A DNA stretch of 64,000 nucleotides from Tubiluchus corallicola (Eukaryota; Animalia; Priapulida). The notes beneath the pieces were generated by a model. The model was not told the DNA's origin and ran no database searches. It worked only from the letters and a program-made list of their open reading frames with translations. This document shows, piece by piece, positions 26,281 to 35,535 of this stretch (position 1 is its first letter; every line of letters starts with the position of its first letter). Made by a program: the position numbers and the translations under genes. The stretch lies in assembly GCA_030141605.1 (NCBI GenBank), contig JAQGDQ010000010.1, positions 1,178,001-1,242,000 on the forward strand. Direction: 5' to 3'.

Positions 26281-26870
26281 ACTCCTACTGTAGTACCTGT
26301 GAGTAAACCAATAACAAATGATTGAACAATGCTGTCTTTGGCAAGCTGCTCAACGGATGAGAGATAGATGCAAAAGATGGAAATTAGGTTTACTCACCAT
26401 GAAGGTGAGTTACTTTCAGGCTCTCAGCATCTATCTCTGAGTATCATGCAGAACAATAACTGTAAAAATTACATGATGAGACAAATTCTCCAGTTCCAAT
26501 TAATGAAATAATAGGTGACACAGTTTATGAAACAGAATACGTCAGCCTCAACATTAATGTATAAAAGTTTGGTCCAGGAGAAATTGCCCAGATGGCAATT
26601 CTAGGCTCAAAGTCTCAAATCTTTCACTTTGAGGAGCGTAACATGCAGAGCTGACAAACTAGAGTTGAGACAGTTAGGCTTTTTAACTAACCATTTAACT
26701 GTTATTAATTGTGGTAGTTAACCGTTCCCAAAGATGTCATACATATAAGAAAATATCAAAATACACATGACTTGCATGAATAAGCAGTGCGGTTCAAACC
26801 TAGCATGTGCCAGCAAGAATGTCAAACATGGCAACATGCTCATGACATATGCAAGTGAAAACCTTTTTGC

Positions 26871-27754
26871 ATTTTACAGGTTAGGTGCTTCTTAGGCAAC
26901 CAGATTAATTGAAACAATGTTGTAAATAGTACAATTTTACGTAAGTGGGACATTGCTAACAGCATACAGCATACATATTTAGAAAATTTGGCTAGGAAAC
27001 AGTTTGTGATTTTCTAAAGGGTTACACCAGTTAGCAGCCGGTTAAACAGTTGACCGTCTCTGCACTATGACAAACTAATTGATTACCTAATACCTATAAA
27101 GGTTATACTTACTGATGAAAACTAGGAATTAAATCCACATTATTCTAGCAATGTGGGAGATCTTAAGTAAAACAAATATCAATTCCTTACTTGATAAGTA
27201 TTATCTAAATATTTCATTATTACTTACTAGCATTAAAGCATAAATATTTTGCATCTAACGAAAAGAAGCAAATCAAAAATAAACTTGGAGTGTTCAGCCA
27301 TGAATATTCTATGTGAAACATAAAAAGAAGAAACTGCAAAACATAATTTTATATATAAAATTCATTCAATAAATAAAACTAGCACACCAAGAAAATCAAT
27401 CTTCAACGCTGTACAAATGGTGCTAAAAACCAAATCAAAACTTGACAACAAAAATAATTTATGCAGTTGTATAAAACCTGAGCTTCTAAAGTTAAGGCAT
27501 CCTTTTTCTTTTCTTATCCTTAAAATCTGGCAGTGACTCTCTCTCTCACTCTAAAAGCTGCTCACTCCCACATTTTGCTCTGTCTTCGCTGTCAGCAGTA
27601 GCAAGACTCTTCTTTCAAACTTTCGTAAGTGTTCATGGAATTTCGAGCTTTAGCACCGAATACGACACTGTCAGCGAGAAAGTTAAAAAAATCACCTTGA
27701 AATCCTGTATCACCAACCTACATGGTCTCCTGCTGCATACAAATCTTATATTAG
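26871..27754. repeat. 884-bp direct repeat, left copy (flanks the retrotransposon 3' end)
   Basis: ATTTTACAGGTTAGGTGC...CAAATCTTATATTAG is repeated at 30514-31397 with a constant offset of 3643; no differences spotted by eye. Confidence 0.95.
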
Positions 27755-30513
27755 ATTAGGGGGGCAGTGGTGTCGGGGAGATTGTATAGGATGGAAAAAT
27801 CCCACCCCCCGACACATTGCTGAGGCCTTCGACAGGCCCATTGCAATTATTCACTGCTATACGTCTATTGGTCGTACTCGGCAAGCCTTCCAGCTTGCTT
27901 CAGATACGCCGCTAGTTTTTTCAGGTTTAAGTTCTCTACAACTGCTCTAAGTGTTGTATTTTTATTTCCCAGACATTTGATACGAGCACCCTGGTAGGCG
28001 GTGCATCGTCCCACGTGATGGTCCGGTGTTTCGTCTTCCTGACCACATTTCGGGCAAATCGCGGATTGTGCTCGACAAGTGTTTTTTTATGTTTTTGGAG
28101 ATTACAGTGTCCGGTTAGGACCTGTATAACCATGTTGAGTTGAGTTCTACTGAGACTCAGGAGCCTATTGCAGACTCGGGCCGAGGCCCAGCCCACATGT
28201 TCCTTTGTTCTCTTGCAGTCCTCACGATTATTCCACGACGTTTCCCATCGTTTTAGACTCCATCCCTTAATCGCGTAGACACAGCTAGCATAAGGGACGG
28301 GCAGATAGGGTTCTGGTCCCTCCGGAGAGAGCTCAGATCCCTTTTTAGCAAGCTTGTCCGCCTCTTCGTTACCATGTACTCCTTCGTGTCCAGGAATCCA
28401 TGTAACCAAGACTCGGTTTCTTTTTCCAAGTATGTTCAAGTTTTCAACACAACGTAAAACCGAGATAGATTTTACTGTATTGTTTTCAGTAGCTTTAATA
28501 GCCGCCTGGCTGTCTGACAGGATGACTATTGATTGATTCTGGAGTCCTTCCGAAGACATTATCTCCGCCGCTTGTGAGATGGCGAAAACTTCTGCCTGGA
28601 AAACAGTACTCAATTTCCCAAGATAGAAGAACTCCTCCAATACTCTGGACTCAGTCGTATACTCGATACGTATACCTGCACCGATCCTTCCGCCCAGTTT
28701 GGAACCATCGGTATAACACCTGACACAGTTCCTATCCATTTCGCCTTCTGATTTGATAGCGATTTCTCTTTCCTGAATCTGGCATTCGAAATTTCTTTCG
28801 AACACGCGTGTTCTTTTTCTTAAATCACCCGGCATATGCAACAGTTGGAGGTCGCGCCTATAGCTATTGCATACATCGATATGACTTTTAGACTTACCAA
28901 AAGTTCCCACGGTCTTCGCTGTCCAGAGCCCCGCCGTATCTATACGGTATGACCCTCGGACCGCCTCCGACCGAATGAACTCGTCTATTGGTGTGATATT
29001 CAACAACATCTCCAATGCACCGGTAGGAGTACTTGGGAACGCTGAAGAAATCATTAAGCATGCTAATCTCTGTACCTTCTGGAGCATTTTCCTGAGGTAC
29101 ATTTTTTCCAACCCGCTGACCCAGGACACACACGCATACGTCATGAAAGGACGCACCATTGCCGTGTATATCCATTTCATGATCCGCGGTTGGATACCCC
29201 ACGTTTTACCAACAATTTGTCTGCATTGCATAAGTGCCGCCGTCGCCTTGTTGGTGACCCGTGTTATATGGCTCTTCCAAGTCAGTTTACTGTCTAGGGT
29301 TACCCCTAGCAGTTTCGCTTCATTGGAGAGTTGGAGCTTCTGTCCATTCATCCAGAGATCCCCAATATTTGGATTTCTCTTGTTTGTGAACATGATTACT
29401 TCGGTCTTACTACTGCTGAATTCTAGTTCAGTTTTCCTGGACCATTCAGCAGCAATGTTAATTACATTTTGCGCCCTCCTTCTGACCGTCGATACGTTCG
29501 CACTAGCTATTAGTACTGCCAGGTCGTCGGCATAGGCTTGTGCATAAATTCCATTTTCTTCAAATTCCCTAAGCAGAGAGTTCAATACACAGTTCCATAG
29601 CAAGGGAGACAGTATTCCGCCTTGGGGGTTTCCCTTTACTACTTCCCTCTTTACCGTGGCATCACACAGCTCTACTTGGACTGTACGGCACCTTACCATG
29701 TTCTCAATCCAGCGGATAAGAACTGGCGATACCTCAAGTTCAAGCAATGCGGCGGATATGCTATTAAAAGAAACGTTATCGAATGCCCCAACAATATCCA
29801 AAAAGACACCTAGTGAGAGCTTCTTTTTAGCAAGACTATGTTCAATACGCTGTACATACTCGTGCAGAGCAGTTTCCATGGAAACGCCTGCGCGGAAGCC
29901 ATACTGCACATTGGATAGTCTTGCTTGTAATTCAGTATCCTCGTTCAATTGATAGAGGACTATTCTCTCCAACCATTTCAGTTGAAATGACGTTAATGTT
30001 ATCATCCGGAAAGACTTGACTTCTAAATAGCTATTCTTTCCGGGTTTCGGCAAAAATACTCCTTTCCCTTCCTTCCAGGATCTCGGTACATGACCATACC
30101 TGAGACATGTCTGGAAAAGCATGAGGTAGTGTTTTTTAATGTATTTCCATCCTTTCTGCAACAGGACTGGATATATACCATCCAGTCCCGGAGCCTTGAA
30201 CGGTTGGAATTCAAACAGTGCCGCTTTCACTCGTTCTTCCGAGCAAATGGAAGCGATGAATTTCTCATCCACGGTCGCGCAAACAGGCAAATCCGTGGAT
30301 GTGTCTGGTTCCGTTACTCGACTCCCTGGTGATAGGGTGTCAAGGAGCCGGTTTAAAGTTTCCTCCGGTGAACTGGTTAATTTACCGTCTTCTTTATACA
30401 CACAGCTTAACTGCGCTGCTTTATTTCGGCGGAGGACCTTTACCAACCTAGCAGTTGGTGCCTGATCTTCCATCTTTTCCGTGAAACTCCGCCAGGATTG
30501 GCGTTTCGCCAGG
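27755..30513 (-). mobile_element. 5'-truncated non-LTR retrotransposon with RT, RNase H and C-terminal CCHC knuckle (LOA/Lian-like, R1 group)
   Basis: RT motifs KAPGLDGI, PKPGK, QYGFR, FLDIVGAFD, PQGGILSPLLW and YADD; RNase H motifs YTDGSK, VFQAEVFAI, SDSQAA and WIPGHEGVHGNEEADKLAK. CX2CX8HX4C follows a frameshift near 28080. Structured 3' UTR and a short TAAT/CTAAT tail; no endonuclease domain; GC-richer than the host. Confidence 0.93.
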
Positions 30514-30608
30514 ATTTTACAGGTTAGGTGCTTCTTAGGCAACCAGATTAATTGAAACAATGTTGTAAATAGTACAATTTTACGTAAGTGGGACATTGCT
30601 AACAGCAT
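27936..30608 (-). CDS. 890-aa chimeric ORF: ~31 host-derived codons fused to retrotransposon RT-RNase H
   Basis: ORF track. The N-terminal MLLAMS...HLTCK lies inside the 884-bp repeat, and element sequence starts at about AKRQSWRSF. Expression is unproven. Confidence 0.6.
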   Translation of the reverse strand: MLLAMSHLRKIVLFTTLFQLIWLPKKHLTCKILAKRQSWRSFTEKMEDQAPTARLVKVLRRNKAAQLSCVYKEDGKLTSSPEETLNRLLDTLSPGSRVTEPDTSTDLPVCATVDEKFIASICSEERVKAALFEFQPFKAPGLDGIYPVLLQKGWKYIKKHYLMLFQTCLRYGHVPRSWKEGKGVFLPKPGKNSYLEVKSFRMITLTSFQLKWLERIVLYQLNEDTELQARLSNVQYGFRAGVSMETALHEYVQRIEHSLAKKKLSLGVFLDIVGAFDNVSFNSISAALLELEVSPVLIRWIENMVRCRTVQVELCDATVKREVVKGNPQGGILSPLLWNCVLNSLLREFEENGIYAQAYADDLAVLIASANVSTVRRRAQNVINIAAEWSRKTELEFSSSKTEVIMFTNKRNPNIGDLWMNGQKLQLSNEAKLLGVTLDSKLTWKSHITRVTNKATAALMQCRQIVGKTWGIQPRIMKWIYTAMVRPFMTYACVSWVSGLEKMYLRKMLQKVQRLACLMISSAFPSTPTGALEMLLNITPIDEFIRSEAVRGSYRIDTAGLWTAKTVGTFGKSKSHIDVCNSYRRDLQLLHMPGDLRKRTRVFERNFECQIQEREIAIKSEGEMDRNCVRCYTDGSKLGGRIGAGIRIEYTTESRVLEEFFYLGKLSTVFQAEVFAISQAAEIMSSEGLQNQSIVILSDSQAAIKATENNTVKSISVLRCVENLNILGKRNRVLVTWIPGHEGVHGNEEADKLAKKGSELSPEGPEPYLPVPYASCVYAIKGWSLKRWETSWNNREDCKRTKEHVGWASARVCNRLLSLSRTQLNMVIQVLTGHCNLQKHKKTLVEHNPRFARNVVRKTKHRTITWDDAPPTRVLVSNVWEIKIQHLEQL

Positions 30609-31397
30609 ACAGCATACATATTTAGAAAATTTGGCTAGGAAACAGTTTGTGATTTTCTAAAGGGTTACACCAGTTAGCAGCCGGTTAAACAGTTGACCGT
30701 CTCTGCACTATGACAAACTAATTGATTACCTAATACCTATAAAGGTTATACTTACTGATGAAAACTAGGAATTAAATCCACATTATTCTAGCAATGTGGG
30801 AGATCTTAAGTAAAACAAATATCAATTCCTTACTTGATAAGTATTATCTAAATATTTCATTATTACTTACTAGCATTAAAGCATAAATATTTTGCATCTA
30901 ACGAAAAGAAGCAAATCAAAAATAAACTTGGAGTGTTCAGCCATGAATATTCTATGTGAAACATAAAAAGAAGAAACTGCAAAACATAATTTTATATATA
31001 AAATTCATTCAATAAATAAAACTAGCACACCAAGAAAATCAATCTTCAACGCTGTACAAATGGTGCTAAAAACCAAATCAAAACTTGACAACAAAAATAA
31101 TTTATGCAGTTGTATAAAACCTGAGCTTCTAAAGTTAAGGCATCCTTTTTCTTTTCTTATCCTTAAAATCTGGCAGTGACTCTCTCTCTCACTCTAAAAG
31201 CTGCTCACTCCCACATTTTGCTCTGTCTTCGCTGTCAGCAGTAGCAAGACTCTTCTTTCAAACTTTCGTAAGTGTTCATGGAATTTCGAGCTTTAGCACC
31301 GAATACGACACTGTCAGCGAGAAAGTTAAAAAAATCACCTTGAAATCCTGTATCACCAACCTACATGGTCTCCTGCTGCATACAAATCTTATATTAG
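30514..31397. repeat. 884-bp direct repeat, right copy (flanks the retrotransposon 5' truncation)
   Basis: Matches 26871-27754. Confidence 0.95.
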
Positions 31398-32025
31398 TAG
31401 CAACTTATAATTACAAAAAACTTGTTTCACTATAGTGACTATAGAACATGGAATTAGAACATAGTGTCAATCGTTAGCTAACTTTTTGCCCGAAGCTTGT
31501 TATATCTCTCTACAACAATTAGCCAAATAATTTACTGTGTGTTTTTTGAAGCCAGGCTTCATGCAAACATCAACTTGCTGGCACATTTTTTATATGTATA
31601 TTTCCAAAGCCAGTGCCTAGTCTAATATGCGCACCAAGTGTTTTTACGATTATTGCTAGTGATATGGCAAGAAAATTTATCATGTTGCACATGGTTAGAA
31701 AGGCTAAGAAATCTTTTAGTCTCGGTTTAACAACATTAATCTTTGCATTGAGTGTTTCTACAGAGAAATGAAAAAATAATAAGAAACAAACTGAAATCCT
31801 AGCTGTTAACAGTTTTAATGAAGATTTGAGTGATGTGCTTTTACCTGAATTCAAAGCATTTGTAAGGTTGTAATTTAAACGGCAATTAAAAGTTTATAGT
31901 TTTCATGTTGGTTGTCAAGGAAAAAAGCCATGGAACCTGTTAACACGCTGAACTGAGTTGAATTGAATAATTTATTTTGTTGTTATTATACTATTCGTAT
32001 GGGTGAGTACTAACCAGACCTATGT

Positions 32026-32418
32026 TAGGGTGTGAGTACCAAACATTCGAACTTGACTCGATTCGAATGGTTTTTTAGTTTGAATGCGATTCTAACCTAA
32101 AGTTAAGGATTGGAAAAATTTAGCACTTCAACTACATAATTATACATTCTTTATCATAAAAACGCTTGAAACAGCAAGCAATCGGCACGATTTCTATGCA
32201 CAATTTTTAAAGTAGATATTAGTGTTTTTACTGCATAACAAAATCGAGTAATATGCCTGATCTTTATGAGAACTGCTTTTAATTATATAGTGGTTTGCAA
32301 ATGATATTTGTTTGAAAAAATTTCAGACTGAAATTAGAAGTCGATTCGGATTCGAAAACAATGAAATTCGCTTTGATTCAAATTCGCTTTCTGGTAGAAC
32401 GCTCATTGCTCATCCCAT
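32026..32418. mobile_element. hAT-like MITE remnant with ATTCG subterminal repeats
   Basis: Imperfect termini TAGGGTGTGAG ... CTCATCCCA, with clustered ATTCG/CGAAT motifs near both ends. Confidence 0.4.
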
Positions 32419-33103
32419 TTGGTTAGCCTTTGGCATTCAACTTACCACACTAGCATACCGAATTTTAAAAGACTGCAAAGTAAACTCATCCGAATAAGCG
32501 TACAGAAATTGATAACTCCCACTTTCTAAACTGTAAAATTTTAAAATTCAATGATTAAGCATGTCACAAGGTTTCAATTTCTATGTTTAAAACTCACTTC
32601 CAACCTTTTCTCACTTTCTTCACCAACTTGTCAAAATAAATAACGAAGTATACAATACTAGATTGAAGTCCTAAAAGGACCATAAGTGTTTGCTGCATGT
32701 TGCATGGTCTCATAAAAAACTGCTCTCACTAAGCAGTGATTACGTAATATTTGATCGTTTTTGTAGATTTCTACTGCTCACACAATGGATTTTCATGCAA
32801 AATTATCATGATAATGCATTTGCTTACCTTAGACGAATTAAAAATCGATTTTTCACGAAAAAAACTTTCAATACTTTTGTAACAATGTACAACATCATTC
32901 ATGTGAAATCAGCTAATGTAGAAAATTTCAGCTATCCAAACACAACACTCTGATAAACTTTGGCCTAAAGTCAACTCTATTTTTAATGAGAATTAATATT
33001 AATTCCTGTTAAAAAATGGGACGACCTTAATTATTTTGTCATTGGTTGACCGGTTGGCTCTTCCTAGAATTCTGTACAGCTGCCGGTTCTCTTGGTTTGT
33101 AGC

Positions 33104-33155
33104 CATAGATAATAATATTACTAACGTAATCTACGTAATAATATAAATATCTAAG
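33104..33155. mobile_element. Tiny palindromic insertion (CATAGAT...ATCTAAG) with a near 8-bp target duplication
   Basis: Inverted termini; flanks TTTGTAGC and GCTGTAGC match at 6/8, consistent with a minimal hAT-type MITE. Confidence 0.4.
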
Positions 33156-35535
33156 GCTGTAGCAAGCAGGCAATCAATAAAATTGTGCGTAGGATCACGC
33201 AGGTGCACACCAGACTAAGCTACTCAACAGGCTAAGTTGGAGTTCTTGAAGAGGGTGTGTTTTTCTTAATTTTATCCATGCATTTAAATCACTTGTTAAT
33301 AATTAAACAAACAGCATGATTGGATGGCTGAGTTTCTCCTGAATATTAGTACCTCATTTGTAATCATTTAGTTATGTTTGAGGTCATACAGTAGTAGAAA
33401 AGTCATAGGTCTTATAATTAAGACCTATTCTGAATGGTGCAGTGCTGAAGGAATTAAAGAATATAATACAGCTAAAAACTGATGTTGGAAAACAATTTGT
33501 TTCTAATACTGGACCTAAAACACGGAATTTTATGCACAGCAGCCTAAAATTTGTTAATTAATTCGACTAATATTTTTCTAAAAACTGGAAACTTAAGTTT
33601 AGTACATACTAATACGTTTGATTATTGATATGCAACCTTTGCATGCATGGCAGTATGACTGTTGCATGTGAGTGGGTAAGTAAGTGTTTGCATATGAGCT
33701 TGGAGTGTGAGAGTGTACACAGGCAGTAACTATAACATAATTGATACTTGTCCTGCATGTCTGTCATCTTCTTGAGCTTCTGTTAATTCTTGGCTTTCGC
33801 GCACCAGTTCCATTTTGATTATATATTTTGAAACATTTCATTCTCATCTATAATTCTCCTTCATTTCTCACGACTCACTTCTGAGTTCAGTTTTTCTTCG
33901 AATTATATTTTGTGCATTCATTTATGCCATTTATTTAAATAACACTGCACAAGTTCTCTTATAGTGTTGACTTGGTTTTCTTCATGTACTGATGATTTAT
34001 AATTTATTTTTGCATTGCTACATTGTGTACATGAACACATTAGCGTTGTGTTCTAATAAATCTAATCTAATCTGCGTCTAACACGGAACACGATGTGTTA
34101 TATCCTGTACTTGACGCTCAGTCTTGGCGTTGTGAGAAAGTGCTAATGTGCTCGTTTGCTTTAAAAGCGAGTCTAATGATAATAACAAAAAAGAAAAAAG
34201 TAGGCGGGGCGTCGCATGGTAAAGTGCTGAATTTGCAGATTGTCGCGGAAGAAGATTAACGTTTTTTGGAGAAAATGACGTCGATTAGCTATTAATTACA
34301 TGAGTAATATCATTATCTTGCGGACTTGTGTATAATCTTGCTGTTATAATCACTGAGTATAATTTTTTCTTATTTGTCTATTTTTGTTACAAATGATTTG
34401 GTAATTATAAAGTTAATAAATTAACGAAACTATGAATATGATACTATCGTTCAGTGCATCACGCCACCCCGTGTTAAAGGAGTTGAGAAGAATTGTGACC
34501 GCGCTAAACCGTTATAATAATAATTAATGATGGAGGTTGTTGTATTCTTACTGATGGTATTCGCGCAGTGTATATTTTTGTTTTTTAGCTGGAATTCTCA
34601 CCTTTTAAATTTTGTCTAGGTGTTGTAACGTTCAAGGTCACTTTGTTCTAGATTCCTTTTGCTTGGCCTGTAAGCATATTCACGTTGTAGTTGAGTGCAC
34701 ATGCTACACAGGTTGAGGCGGTGCGCGTGTGTTCACTGAGCTGTATTGTAACGGTAATGTTAAATTAATGGCAATGGTATAATTTTTATGCGCATATAAT
34801 GTACATCGTTTTGGTTAACAGTTAGGTTATTTTGTTTTAAGGATAAATGGTCAGCAACTGCTAGGAATGTGCTCATGCTTCATTTTTGCATCAGCAATTT
34901 TATGGCTTTGATGTTTGATGTTTTATGGCTATGAGCCACGAAATAAATTTTTACATACTACTTGATCGTAATTAGGAAAATCAGAATTCATTTTGATCAT
35001 TATCATGTTACATTTAATAATTTAATTACATATAACATATAATTATAATAATATGTTATATAATGAACTATTACACTTAAACAAATTTCTTTGATAGTTG
35101 TGTGGTTCTCAAAGTTTTGATGCCTAGCTGCTTTTTAAATTATTATTATAATTTGTGTTTTTTAATTAATCAATATTATACCATTGCCACTGTATTCAAT
35201 AGCAGGATAAATGTAAAATTGTTGCCATGATGGATTAATGCAAAAAATATACGTATTAATTATTGGTTTGTATAGCAAATAATGTAGAGGCACTGAAGCA
35301 GCTTGTCATTAATATTTCACCATGTTATTGTGTAGCAAACTAGCGACATTATGTGCTTTAATAATATATTAAGCGGAGTCGCACTCCGTATGATAGATAA
35401 TATAACACAACATCTGTTGGTTGGAGATTCTAGTTTTTATTTTTTTGAAAGTCATAATTGTAGGCATTTCTACTATTTACTTCAGTTATTTATGTTCTGG
35501 GGAGTATAATCAGCTTCCACTCATCAGTGAACACC

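Noticed and set aside
26392-26410. Small inverted repeat ACTCACC-ATGAA-GGTGAGT giving donor-like sites on both strands
   Set aside because: Only a 7-bp stem, with no partner exon identified.
28082-28088. Programmed -1 ribosomal frameshift at the A7 run
   Set aside because: The codon phase (CAT AAA AAA ACA) does not fit the X XXY YYZ slippery heptamer; a deletion or sequencing error is simpler.
28354-30465. Several plus-strand and alternate-frame ORFs inside the retrotransposon
   Set aside because: Shadow ORFs of a GC-richer coding sequence, with no recognisable motifs.
26871-31397. Interpreting the 884-bp repeats as LTRs of an LTR retrotransposon
   Set aside because: No TG...CA termini, PBS, gag, protease or integrase. 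The RT is of non-LTR type with its own 3' UTR and tail, and the repeats have host-like AT composition.
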